A model generated the notes under the pieces. It saw nothing but the letters and a program-made list of their open reading frames with translations. It was not told the DNA's origin and searched no databases. A program made the translations under genes and the position numbers. From an uncultured Verrucomicrobiota bacterium (lineage in GTDB: Bacteria; Verrucomicrobiota; Verrucomicrobiia; Chthoniobacterales; JACTMZ01): 64,000 bases of DNA. The stretch covers positions 7,604 through 71,603 of the forward strand of contig CAJBKE010000061.1 of NCBI GenBank assembly GCA_903953565.1. The letters are read 5' to 3'. Below, piece by piece: positions 22,239 to 30,951 of the stretch (position 1 is its first letter; every line of letters starts with the position of its first letter).

Positions 22239-23279
22239 ATGCCCGTTCGTCTTGGTCGTTTCGAAATGCCCAAGTCTCTCGTCAAAGACGAGAAGACTGC
22301 CACCGATACTTACGCGAAGTTCATCGCGGAACCCTTCGAGGCCGGATACGGCCACACCGTGGGCAACTCGCTCCGCCGCGTGCTCCTCTCCTCCTTGGAA
22401 GGCGCTGCCATCACCTCGATCCAGATCGAAGGCGTGAACCATGAGTTCCAGACCATCCCCGGCGTTGTCGAGGACGTGGTTGAAATCATCCTCAACCTGA
22501 AGATGGTTAAATTCAACACGCATGACCATGACACGCACCGCGTCGTGCTCAACGTGAACAAAGAAGGCGAAGTCACCGCCAAGGACATCGAGTCGACCAA
22601 CAAATGCGAAGTGCTCAATCCCAAGCAGCACATCGCCACGCTCGACAAGAAGATGAAATTCTCCATCGAGATGAACGTGCGCAAGGGCCGCGGCTTCTCC
22701 ACCGGGGACGAGAACAAGACGACCGATCAAGCCATCGGCGTCATCGCCATCGACTCCATCTTCTCGCCTGTCACCCGCGTGAAATATGCGGTTGAGGCCA
22801 CCCGCGTCGGACAACGCACCGATTACGACAAGCTCGTGCTCGAGGTTTGGACCGACGGACGCATCACGCCGGACGAATCCCTGCTCCAGTCCGCATCCAT
22901 CCTGCGTCATCACCTCGACGTGTTCGTCGGCAACGACGACACGCAGGTCGAGTTCGACCAGACACCGGAAGCGGTCAGCCAGGAAAACGCCAAGCTCAAG
23001 AAGTTGCTCAACATGTCGGTCAACGAGATCGAACTGAGCGTCCGCGCGGCCAACTGCCTGAACAACGCGAACATCACGACCGTCGGCCAATTGGGCATGA
23101 AATCGGAAGCCGAGATGCTCAAATACCGCAACTTCGGCAAGAAATCGCTCAACGAGATCAAAGACAAACTTGAGGAACTCGGCCTCGGTCTCGGCATGAA
23201 ATTCGATGCCGGCCTCATCGAGCCCGCCGCAGAGGCGGAGCCCGAAGAGGACGAAGAGAAAACATCCAAGAAGAAGTAA
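22239..23279 (+). CDS. rpoA: DNA-directed RNA polymerase subunit alpha
   Basis: 346 aa. GYGHTVGNSLRRVLLSSLEGAAITS, and the C-terminal domain ELSVRAANCLNNANITTVGQL. Confidence 0.97.
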   Translation: MPVRLGRFEMPKSLVKDEKTATDTYAKFIAEPFEAGYGHTVGNSLRRVLLSSLEGAAITSIQIEGVNHEFQTIPGVVEDVVEIILNLKMVKFNTHDHDTHRVVLNVNKEGEVTAKDIESTNKCEVLNPKQHIATLDKKMKFSIEMNVRKGRGFSTGDENKTTDQAIGVIAIDSIFSPVTRVKYAVEATRVGQRTDYDKLVLEVWTDGRITPDESLLQSASILRHHLDVFVGNDDTQVEFDQTPEAVSQENAKLKKLLNMSVNEIELSVRAANCLNNANITTVGQLGMKSEAEMLKYRNFGKKSLNEIKDKLEELGLGLGMKFDAGLIEPAAEAEPEEDEEKTSKKK

Positions 23280-23282
23280 GCC

Positions 23283-23741
23283 ATGAGGCACCAGAAAAAG
23301 ACCGTCAAACTCGGCCGTTCGCAGGCCCATCGCGACGCACTGCTGTCCAATCAGGTTTGCAGCCTGATCATCCACCAGCGCATCCGCACAACTCTGGCCA
23401 AGGCCAAAGCCGCGCGCCCGCTCGCGGAGAAAATGGTGACCCTCGGCAAAAAAGGCACCCTGCATGCGCGCCGCACCGCCGCCGCGTATCTGCACCAGCC
23501 CGCCGCCGTGAAGAAATTGTTCGATGAAATCGTGCCCCGCTCGGCCACCCGCGCCGGCGGCTACACGCGGATCATCAAACTCGGACCCCGCAAGAGCGAC
23601 AGTGCTCCCATGGCCGTCCTCGAATGGGTCGACAGCGCCCCGGTCGAGGTTGCCGTGGAACCGGTCGCTGAGGCAAAAGCCAAGCCGGCCAAAAAATCGG
23701 CCGCGAAAAAAGCTGAGCCGAAAAAGAAGGACGCCGAGTAA
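23283..23741 (+). CDS. rplQ: 50S ribosomal protein L17
   Basis: MRHQKKTVKLGRSQAHRDALLSN...TTLAKAKAARPLAEKMVTLGK, with a Lys/Ala-rich C-terminal tail. Confidence 0.95.
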   Translation: MRHQKKTVKLGRSQAHRDALLSNQVCSLIIHQRIRTTLAKAKAARPLAEKMVTLGKKGTLHARRTAAAYLHQPAAVKKLFDEIVPRSATRAGGYTRIIKLGPRKSDSAPMAVLEWVDSAPVEVAVEPVAEAKAKPAKKSAAKKAEPKKKDAE

Positions 23742-23762
23742 ATCTCCCGACCTCTCACCACA

Positions 23763-23799
23763 CGCCGCCGCGGCCCCATGCCCGGCGGCGTTTTTTTTT
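23763..23799 (+). terminator. rho-independent terminator of rpoA-rplQ
   Basis: CGCCGCCG-[12 nt]-CGGCGGCG stem followed by a run of 9 T (23791-23799), 22 nt after the rplQ stop. Confidence 0.85.
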
Positions 23800-23806
23800 G
23801 CGCCGC

Positions 23807-24025
23807 CTACCTGTCCAGCACCGTAACCGGCAACGAGGCCTCGAAACGGCTGTTGCTTGGGGCGGTGACCGCGGACCCGGCAATCTGGACTATATTCACA
23901 TCAGTCACCGTCTGAGCCTCCTGCGCATGGGCAGACGGCACGACAGTCAGATCGCGGGCGACCATGTAAGCGAGGCACCCGGCAATCACGGTGAGAACGA
24001 TTTTGGTGTAGGCGTCGATATTCAT
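23807..24025 (-). CDS. small membrane protein (hypothetical)
   Basis: 72 aa with one clear TM helix (KIVLTVIAGCLAYMVA). It fits the gap between the terminator and the next gene. Confidence 0.4.
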   Translation of the reverse strand: MNIDAYTKIVLTVIAGCLAYMVARDLTVVPSAHAQEAQTVTDVNIVQIAGSAVTAPSNSRFEASLPVTVLDR

Positions 24026-24058
24026 AAGCGGCCAGCCTCCGCCGCGCGCATGAAGGCG

Positions 24059-24646
24059 TCAAGACGCGGAAAACTCCGCCGCCAGCCACGCACCCAACTG
24101 CTCGGCGCAGTGATCCACATTTTCCGACCACGACCGCCCGGCCGACTCACAGGCCGAGTCGCTGATCTGTTTCACCAATGTGACATCCAGCCCGAAATCC
24201 TGCGCCACCCGCGCCACCGCATATCCCTCCATGTCAACGAGGTCGATGCCCTTGACCATCAGCGCCTCCCTGGCAGGTCCGCCGTCGATGAACACGTCAC
24301 CCGACCCGAGCACCGGCCCGGCCCTGTGCAGTTTGATGGGCGCGCCAAAATGCTCGCCGGTGAGACCGAAAATCCCCGCATCATCAAAATCGTGCTGTAT
24401 GACGCACCCGACCACCTGCGTCCCGCTCAAGCCCTCGCGCAGCGCTCCCGCTGTTCCCATGTTGATGATGCGCGAAGGGCGTTGCCGCGCCAGCACCGCA
24501 GCCAGTGCCGAAGCGGCGCAAACCTTGCCCACACCCGTGACCAAGACGGGCAGGTCCGATGCGTGGAGGTGTTGGGCCTCGCGTTCCAGGGCGACGACAA
24601 TCAGGGGACGGTCCAAGGAAATGGAGCGGTGGAGTTTCATCGGCAC
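24059..24646 (-). CDS. nucleoside phosphorylase-family protein (MTA/SAH nucleosidase or futalosine hydrolase-like)
   Basis: 195 aa. PNP_UDP_1-like motifs VTGVGKVCAA, INMGTAGAL and VDMEGYAVA. Confidence 0.7.
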   Translation of the reverse strand: MPMKLHRSISLDRPLIVVALEREAQHLHASDLPVLVTGVGKVCAASALAAVLARQRPSRIINMGTAGALREGLSGTQVVGCVIQHDFDDAGIFGLTGEHFGAPIKLHRAGPVLGSGDVFIDGGPAREALMVKGIDLVDMEGYAVARVAQDFGLDVTLVKQISDSACESAGRSWSENVDHCAEQLGAWLAAEFSAS

Positions 24647-24655
24647 ATTGAAGCC

Positions 24656-25486
24656 TTACCCGGCCACAGCATCAACCCCGTGGAAAATCCGCGCCAAGAT
24701 TTCCACGCCGCGGGCCAACGAGGGTGCCGGACGGACAAAATAACGGTCTGCATCCACCGCGATGACCGGACAACCGATGCCGATCGAGGCAGCTTCACGG
24801 GCCGAGCGTTCCTCGTTGAACCCGCAGGGCGCGGCAATGATGAGCTGCGGTTCCGCCGCGCGGACCGCATCCCAGGTCGTGAGGACCGAACGCTCTCCGG
24901 CCCGGCCCAGAACCTCATATCCTCCGGCTGCCTCGACCATTTCCGGAATCCAATGGCCGCAAGCGAAGGGAGGATCGATCCATTCGGCGACAAAGACACG
25001 CGGTCGCTCCTTACCAGCCACCGCCTGACGAATCCTTGCAATACGTTGGAGCACTTCTGCGGCAAGCACGTCACCACGGTCCGGTTCCCCGAGTTCCTTT
25101 CCAAGATACCTCACCGACTCGGCGACCTCGGCCAGCGTGCGAGGCCCGAGCGAAATCACTCGCGCGCCAACATTCGAGAGATCCGACCCCGACACCGCGC
25201 AGACCCGGCAAAGATCCTGCGTGAGAATGACATCGGGCCGCAAAGCCGCCAGCAGTGCGCCATCAACTGCATAAAGCGCCTCCCCCTTCGCCAGCGCATC
25301 GCGCACGGCCTGGTCGATTTGCCGGCCATCGAGTGCTGCCGAATCGATCCGGCTGGCCGAGACCACCGGAACACCCCGCACCTCCTCCGGCCATTCGCAC
25401 TCATGGGAGCGCCCGACGAGCGAGCCGAGCAACCCGAGATCCGCCACGATTTCCGTGGCACTTGGCAGCAAGGAGACAATCCGCAT
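24656..25486 (-). CDS. BtuF-like (type 8 periplasmic-binding-protein fold) cobalamin/siderophore-binding family protein, no signal peptide
   Basis: MRIVSLLPSATEIVADLGL...VGRSHECEWPEE...PDVILTQDLC is typical of the cytoplasmic cobalamin-binding-protein subfamily. Confidence 0.65.
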   Translation of the reverse strand: MRIVSLLPSATEIVADLGLLGSLVGRSHECEWPEEVRGVPVVSASRIDSAALDGRQIDQAVRDALAKGEALYAVDGALLAALRPDVILTQDLCRVCAVSGSDLSNVGARVISLGPRTLAEVAESVRYLGKELGEPDRGDVLAAEVLQRIARIRQAVAGKERPRVFVAEWIDPPFACGHWIPEMVEAAGGYEVLGRAGERSVLTTWDAVRAAEPQLIIAAPCGFNEERSAREAASIGIGCPVIAVDADRYFVRPAPSLARGVEILARIFHGVDAVAG

Positions 25487-25555
25487 AGGCGAGAATATAC
25501 CGCCACCTCACCAATTGGGCCCTTTCAAAAAGGCCCGGGAACACCTTGCTTTTCC

Positions 25556-25572
25556 AACTAGTCAGACTAGTT
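25556..25572 (+). promoter_or_regulatory. palindromic operator candidate of the Phd/VapC operon
   Basis: AACTAGT-CAG-ACTAGTT is a perfect 7-bp inverted repeat ending 8 nt before the antitoxin ATG. It is embedded in a possible TTGCTT-16nt-TAGTTT promoter (25546-25573). Confidence 0.45.
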
Positions 25573-25579
25573 TGACTTT

Positions 25580-25813
25580 ATGACCAAAGAAATCGGCGCC
25601 TTCGAGGCCAAAACGCACCTTTCCCGGTTGCTCGACGAGGTGGCCGGCGGCGAGACCATCTACATCACCAAGCACGGCAAACGGGTTGCCGAGTTGCGGC
25701 CGCCTGCTCCGAAAAAGCACACCAAAGCCAAACGCGGGTGCGCCAAAGGGCCGGGCTTTTACATGGCACCTGACTTCGACGAACCGCTCGAAGAGTTCAA
25801 GGAATACATGTGA
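25580..25813 (+). CDS. type II antitoxin, Phd/YefM family
   Basis: 77 aa. MTKEIGAFEAKTHLSRLLDEVAGGETIYITKHGKRVAELRP is the canonical Phd/YefM N-terminus. There is a 4-bp overlap with the toxin gene. Confidence 0.85.
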   Translation: MTKEIGAFEAKTHLSRLLDEVAGGETIYITKHGKRVAELRPPAPKKHTKAKRGCAKGPGFYMAPDFDEPLEEFKEYM

Positions 25814-26196
25814 GATATCTTGTCGATACCAACGCATGGATCGCCCTGCTGGAGGATTCGCCGAATCTTTCCGATCGGGCTGCCGATCTCATGGAATGCG
25901 GGCGGCACGATTGTTTCGTCAGCCTCGCCTCCGTGTGGGAGGCCTCGATCAAAGTGGGCTTGGGCAAACTCAAACTACCCTATTCCTTGGACACCGATCT
26001 CCCCCGTCTCTTCGAGGAAAACGGTTTCGAGGTGCTGACGCCCGATTGGCGCGCGGTCACCGCGGTGCAACTCTTGGAACCAATCCACGGTGATCCCTTC
26101 GACCGCATCCAGGTCATCCAAGCCCGCCACCGCGGACTCGACCTGATCAGTCGCGATCCGGTGTTCGATCGCTACGGTCTGCGCCGCGTGTGGTGA
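25810..26196 (+). CDS. vapC: type II toxin, PIN-domain VapC
   Basis: 128 aa. MRYLVDTNAWIALL (first acidic residue), then SLASVWEASIK and the distal D..DPFDRIQV acidic residues of a PIN fold. Confidence 0.85.
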   Translation: MRYLVDTNAWIALLEDSPNLSDRAADLMECGRHDCFVSLASVWEASIKVGLGKLKLPYSLDTDLPRLFEENGFEVLTPDWRAVTAVQLLEPIHGDPFDRIQVIQARHRGLDLISRDPVFDRYGLRRVW

Positions 26197-26965
26197 GCGC
26201 CTCGCGTTTCTCCATCCATCGCGCGATCCAGATGCACGCCTCGTAGAGCAACACCATCGGGGCACCCATCAAAACGAGCGTGAAAACATCCGGCGTCGGA
26301 GTGATCACCGCGGCCAGCAGGAAGATCACCACGATGGCATAAGGACGGGTCGTCTTCATCTGCACGTGCTCGAGCAAACCCACCTTGACCAAGGCCAGCA
26401 CCACCACCGGCAATTCGAAGGCCAGGCCGAAGGCTAGGACGAACTGCGTGGTGAAACTGTAATACTCGCCCACCGTCCAAGTCGGACGCCATTGCATCAT
26501 CTGCGCATCCTGGAAAAAGAATTCCAGCGCCGCCGGCAACACGCTGTAGAAAGCGAAGGCCGCCCCGGCGAGAAAAAGCCCGAAGCCGACGATGGACGCA
26601 AGCAGCACTGTCTTCCGCTCGCGCGCGCTCAGAGCAGGCAAGACGAACTCCGCGAGAAAATATAGCAAGACGGGAAAGGAGACGATCAGACCCCCGTAGA
26701 AGGCCAACCGCAACGAGATGGTCATCGAGTCGGCCACACCGAGCGATTGCAAGTTGTCGATCCTCGAGGGATCCACCGCCAACAAGGGTGCCTGCATGAA
26801 CGATGCCAGCTGGCCGCGAAAAACGAAGGCGAAGACCATGCACACGCCGAGCGCAATGGCCATGCGTACGACCATGCGACGAAGGTCCTCGACATGATCG
26901 AGGAAGGGTTTGGGCATGTCCCGCCCGTCGCGGAATTTGATGAACTTTTCCAGACTCACAGCCAT
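26147..26965 (-). CDS. tatC: twin-arginine translocase subunit TatC
   Basis: 6 TM helices. PFLDHVEDLRRMVV is the typical TatC N-terminus. An alternative start exists at 26917 (MPKPFLDH). The 3' end overlaps the convergent vapC by 50 bp. Confidence 0.9.
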   Translation of the reverse strand: MAVSLEKFIKFRDGRDMPKPFLDHVEDLRRMVVRMAIALGVCMVFAFVFRGQLASFMQAPLLAVDPSRIDNLQSLGVADSMTISLRLAFYGGLIVSFPVLLYFLAEFVLPALSARERKTVLLASIVGFGLFLAGAAFAFYSVLPAALEFFFQDAQMMQWRPTWTVGEYYSFTTQFVLAFGLAFELPVVVLALVKVGLLEHVQMKTTRPYAIVVIFLLAAVITPTPDVFTLVLMGAPMVLLYEACIWIARWMEKREALTTRGADRSDRTPDRD

Positions 26966-27516
26966 TCCCCCGCGGCCAAGCGCGCATAAAGCCCCAGCGT
27001 GTTGGCATCCTCGATCACCCCTCGCGCGATCAGCTCGCGCAATTCTTCCGGTTGGAAAGGCCTTATCTCGAGAATCTGCTCTTCTCCGTCGTGGTTCACG
27101 GCTTCACGGTCCCAACGCACTTCGGTGGCGAAAAACTGATGCGTGTGCTCGTCGGTGAAACCGGGTGACGTGAAAAATTTGCCGAGGTATTCCAGCGTCC
27201 CAGTCACCGTGCAGCCGGCTTCTTCGGACAGTTCCCGCCGCGCAGCTTGTTCGATTGCCCGGTCGTCCGAGCCCCCCTCCACCTGACCCGCGGGAAATTG
27301 CCAAAAATCCCGTCGGGCCGGCACACGTTCTTCGCGAATGAGGATGAACGAACCGTCGGCAAGGCGCGGAGCAACGGTCACACCCACCTTGCGCGTCACC
27401 TTGGTCCACTCGCGACCAGCCGGACACGATGGCGTGCGCACGTTTTCGCGCGTCACGCGCAGATGCGGGGTTTCGAGAAGGACATCTTCCCGCAGAACCT
27501 CCCAAGTTCCGCTCAT
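26956..27516 (-). CDS. NUDIX hydrolase
   Basis: 186 aa from the ATG at 27516 (ATGA overlap with the argH stop). Nudix box GQVEGGSDDRAIEQAARRELSEEAG (GX5EX7REUXEEXGU). Confidence 0.85.
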   Translation of the reverse strand: MSGTWEVLREDVLLETPHLRVTRENVRTPSCPAGREWTKVTRKVGVTVAPRLADGSFILIREERVPARRDFWQFPAGQVEGGSDDRAIEQAARRELSEEAGCTVTGTLEYLGKFFTSPGFTDEHTHQFFATEVRWDREAVNHDGEEQILEIRPFQPEELRELIARGVIEDANTLGLYARLAAGEWL

Positions 27517-28889
27517 GATTTGGCCGCGGCCAACCGCTTGCGCCACAAAGCGAGACGGTCCGCCACGCGCCGCGGCGATGGCGCACCTTCGGCCGTGCGT
27601 GCCTGCAGAGAACGGCGTGCATCGAGACACTTCATCGCGTCAGCCTTGAAAAGGCCGCACGCCGCCTGAAGGTCCTTCAACGTCAACTCGCGCAGGCTCA
27701 CTCCGCGCTTCACGCTTTGGCCCACAAGTTTTCCCACCACTTTGTGCGCTTCGCGGAAAGGAAGACCTTTGCGCACGAGGTAGTCCGCCCAATCCGTGGC
27801 GACCAACAAAGCGTCATCCGCCGCGACCGCCATGCGTTTCGTTTCCCACCGGGCCGCGCCGAACATCTCGGCGAGAATCTCGAGCGAAGAGCCGAGAGTA
27901 TCCGCCGAGTCGAAGACCGGCTCCTTGTCCTCCTGCAAGTCGCGGTTGTAGGAAAGAGGAAGACCTTTGAGCGTGGTGAGGAGCGAAACAAGGTTGCCGT
28001 AAAGTCGGCCGGACTTTCCGCGCGCCAACTCTGCGATGTCCGGGTTCTTCTTCTGCGGCATAAGACTCGAACCCGTGGTGTGCTCGTCGCTCAGACGCAG
28101 GAAGCCGAATTCGGTCGAAGCCCAGAGGATCGTGTCCTCGCACAGCCGCGAAAGATGCATGCCGGCGATGGCGCAGGCGGAAAGGAATTCGCAGGCGAAG
28201 TCGCGGTCGGACACGGCATCCATACTGTTCTGCGAGACCGAGTCGAAACCGAGTTGCCGGGCAACGAGGGCGCGATCCAAGACAATGGTCGACCCTGCCA
28301 GCGCCCCGGATCCGAGCGGAAGCACATTGGCCCGACGCGCCGCATCGGCCAGGCGTCCCGCATCGCGATCGAGCATTTCGACATAGGCCAGCAAATGGTG
28401 CGCGGCGGGCACCGGTTGGGCGCGCTGCAAATGAGTGTAACCCGGCATGATCGCGTCGCCAGCCCGCGTGGCCAGCCCGACCAGCGATTTCTGGAGGCGC
28501 CGCACCGAGGCAATGAGCGCCGCCGTCTCGTCACGCATCCACAGGCGCAGATCGGTCGCCACTTGGTCGTTGCGCGAACGCGCCGTGTGCAACTTCGCCC
28601 CGGCCGCCCCGATTTTTTTGGTCAGAGCCGCCTCGATGTTCATGTGCACATCCTCGAGCTCTTCGCGCCAGACGAACCGGCCGGCGCGGATTTCCTTGGC
28701 GATGGCATCAAGACCCCGCTTGATGGCCGACACCTCCCTCAGGCTGAGCAAGCCGGCTTTACGCAATGCTGCGGCATGCGCTTTTGAACCCTCGATGTCG
28801 TGCAAAGCAAGCCGACGGTCGAAGGAAACCGACTCCCCGTAGGCGCGCAACCGCGCCGAAGGATCCTTGGTGAATCTTCCGTGCCACAT
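27513..28889 (-). CDS. argH: argininosuccinate lyase
   Basis: MWHGRFTKDP start, and the fumarate-lyase signature GSSLMPQKKNPD. Confidence 0.95.
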   Translation of the reverse strand: MWHGRFTKDPSARLRAYGESVSFDRRLALHDIEGSKAHAAALRKAGLLSLREVSAIKRGLDAIAKEIRAGRFVWREELEDVHMNIEAALTKKIGAAGAKLHTARSRNDQVATDLRLWMRDETAALIASVRRLQKSLVGLATRAGDAIMPGYTHLQRAQPVPAAHHLLAYVEMLDRDAGRLADAARRANVLPLGSGALAGSTIVLDRALVARQLGFDSVSQNSMDAVSDRDFACEFLSACAIAGMHLSRLCEDTILWASTEFGFLRLSDEHTTGSSLMPQKKNPDIAELARGKSGRLYGNLVSLLTTLKGLPLSYNRDLQEDKEPVFDSADTLGSSLEILAEMFGAARWETKRMAVAADDALLVATDWADYLVRKGLPFREAHKVVGKLVGQSVKRGVSLRELTLKDLQAACGLFKADAMKCLDARRSLQARTAEGAPSPRRVADRLALWRKRLAAAKS

Positions 28890-28890
28890 A

Positions 28891-29373
28891 TCAAACCGCC
28901 GCGGCAAAAATTTCCCGCCCGCTCTTGCGGCAGACGCCCTTGAGCTTCAATTCGTCGCAACGCGCCTCGATGCGCACCTGTTTGATGGCCGGGGTGAAAC
29001 CCATCCGCTTGGCCATGCAGTTCTCGAGCAATTCCATGTTGAGATCTTCGAATTCCAGGATCGTCTGGCAGTCCAGACAGATGAGGTGATTGTGGTGCGG
29101 ATGATCGACGAAATTCGGATCGTAAACTTTACGCCCCTGCCCCAAGTCGAGTTCGCGGAGCAGTCCGCTCTCCACCAAAATCGGCAGCGTCCGGTAAACC
29201 GTGGCCCGACTCACCGTCCGGTCGATCCCCCGCGCCATGTCGAGCAACTCGTCGGCCGTGTAATGCCGATCCGTGCTGAAGGCCGCCTCGATGATGGCGT
29301 CACGTTGCGTGGTTTTGCGCAGCCCCTTGCTGGCAAGGAACTCGCGGATCTGGTTGCGCACGACCTCTTCCAT
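28891..29373 (-). CDS. fur: Fur-family transcriptional regulator
   Basis: Winged helix (TQRDAIIEAAF...ATVYRTLPILVESGLL) and the metal site HHNHLICLDC. The stop is 1 nt from the argH ATG. Confidence 0.85.
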   Translation of the reverse strand: MEEVVRNQIREFLASKGLRKTTQRDAIIEAAFSTDRHYTADELLDMARGIDRTVSRATVYRTLPILVESGLLRELDLGQGRKVYDPNFVDHPHHNHLICLDCQTILEFEDLNMELLENCMAKRMGFTPAIKQVRIEARCDELKLKGVCRKSGREIFAAAV

Positions 29374-29497
29374 TGGTGGGAGCGCGTCCCGCGCGCCATC
29401 CGCGAATACTCCGCCCCTCCCTCCGGCAGGTCAAGGCCCGCGCATCCCACAGCGAAAAATCCTCCCGCGCCGCGCTCCCCTCGGGCATAGTCCCGCC

Positions 29498-30238
29498 ATG
29501 CCTGCTGCCGCTGCCGACCGAGACTCGCTCAAAAAAGAAGCCGCCGTTTACGCCGCCCGTTACGTCGAACCGGGCACGACCGTTGGACTCGGCACCGGTT
29601 CCACCGCCATTCATGCCGTGAGGGAAATCGCCCGCCGCCATGCCGCCGGCGAGTTGCCTGGCCTCACAGCGTTCGCCACTTCCTCGGATATCGCCCGTGT
29701 GGCCCGCGAAGCCGGGCTTCCTTTGCTCGACAATACCGGACCGGAAGCCATCGATCTCACCATCGACGGCGCCGACGAGGTGGATCCGCAACTCAATCTC
29801 ATCAAGGGGGGAGGCGGCGCGCTCTTTCACGAGAAAATCGTGGCCCAAGCCACCAGGCGTCAGATCATTGTGGTCGACGAGGCCAAAATGTCCCCGCAGC
29901 TCGGCACTTTGCACGATCTGCCGATCGAGGTCGTTCCCTTTGGCAGCGAGTCACAGCGGCTTTTCCTCGAACAACTCGGCGGCCACCCGGTCCTGCGCAA
30001 GAAGTCCGACGGAACACCTTTCATCACCGATGAGGGCAACATGATCTACGACTGCGCGTTCGGACCTATCGCAGATCCCGAGGAACTCGCGGCCGAACTG
30101 CGCGCCCGCACCGGAATCGTCGAGCACGGACTTTTCCTCGGCATGGCAGACGACATCATCGTCGCCGGCCCCGCAGGCCTCCGCCACCTGCAGCGCGACC
30201 CGCTCACCGGCCAAGTCCGCGAAGCGGAAACCCTGTAG
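29498..30238 (+). CDS. rpiA: ribose-5-phosphate isomerase A
   Basis: 246 aa from the ATG at 29498. VGLGTGSTA, DGADEVD and LIKGGGGALFHEKIV are RpiA motifs. Confidence 0.92.
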   Translation: MPAAAADRDSLKKEAAVYAARYVEPGTTVGLGTGSTAIHAVREIARRHAAGELPGLTAFATSSDIARVAREAGLPLLDNTGPEAIDLTIDGADEVDPQLNLIKGGGGALFHEKIVAQATRRQIIVVDEAKMSPQLGTLHDLPIEVVPFGSESQRLFLEQLGGHPVLRKKSDGTPFITDEGNMIYDCAFGPIADPEELAAELRARTGIVEHGLFLGMADDIIVAGPAGLRHLQRDPLTGQVREAETL

Positions 30239-30258
30239 CGTCGCCGTCCGCGGCGACG
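30239..30258. terminator. GC hairpin between convergent rpiA and the phosphatase gene (TGTAGCG-CGCCGTCC motif family)
   Basis: CGTCGCCG-TCCG-CGGCGACG, an 8-bp stem starting 1 nt after the rpiA stop. The 17-mer CTGTAGCGTCGCCGTCC (30233-30249) is identical to 4288-4304. Confidence 0.5.
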
Positions 30259-30267
30259 GCCGTTCCG

Positions 30268-30951
30268 TTACTTTTTCCCGTCGCCCCACACCTTCGACAA
30301 CCGACCGCCCGGCATCGGCGGAATAGCCAGTCCATCCGGCGCGTAATGCGCTACGTCGTTGAAGAGTGTGAGCCTCGCCTCCATCGCATCGCGAAAATCC
30401 AAAATGGTCAGGGAAGCAGGATTCAGATCGAGATGATCGCGATAGCGCCGCGGGTCGAAACCGAGGATCGCGCCGAGCAGCAGACGGATCGTCGCCTTGT
30501 GCGAAACCACGCAAATCATTTCGCCAAGATGCGCCGCCACGGTCCGCAGGAGAGACGGCATGGCGCGGGCCGCCACCGCCAAACCGCTTTCGCCGCCCTG
30601 CGGGGCGAAGTTGTAGGGGTCCTTCTCCCAATTGGCATACATGTCGCCGAAGTTTGTCTCCGCCTCGCACCGCGTCAGCCCCTCCCATACGCCGTGGTTG
30701 ATTTCAAGAAAACCGGCATCCGGTTCAATGCTTTCTTTATGCGGTGCCGCCAAAATACGCGCAGTCTCCATCGTACGATCCAAGGGAGAAGCGTAGAACG
30801 CGCTGATGGGCTGCGCGGCCAGACGCTTCGATAATGCTTCCACTTGCCGACGCCCAACGTCGCTCAATTCCACATTGGTCGCTCCGGCAAATCGATCTTC
30901 AGCCGAAAGCACCGTGGCACCGTGACGAACGAGAAAGACGCGTGTTTTCAT
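30268..30951 (-). CDS. histidine phosphatase family protein (phosphoglycerate-mutase-like)
   Basis: 227 aa from the ATG at 30951. Catalytic motif FLVRHGAT (RHG) and a downstream H in VVSHKATIR. Confidence 0.85.
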   Translation of the reverse strand: MKTRVFLVRHGATVLSAEDRFAGATNVELSDVGRRQVEALSKRLAAQPISAFYASPLDRTMETARILAAPHKESIEPDAGFLEINHGVWEGLTRCEAETNFGDMYANWEKDPYNFAPQGGESGLAVAARAMPSLLRTVAAHLGEMICVVSHKATIRLLLGAILGFDPRRYRDHLDLNPASLTILDFRDAMEARLTLFNDVAHYAPDGLAIPPMPGGRLSKVWGDGKK

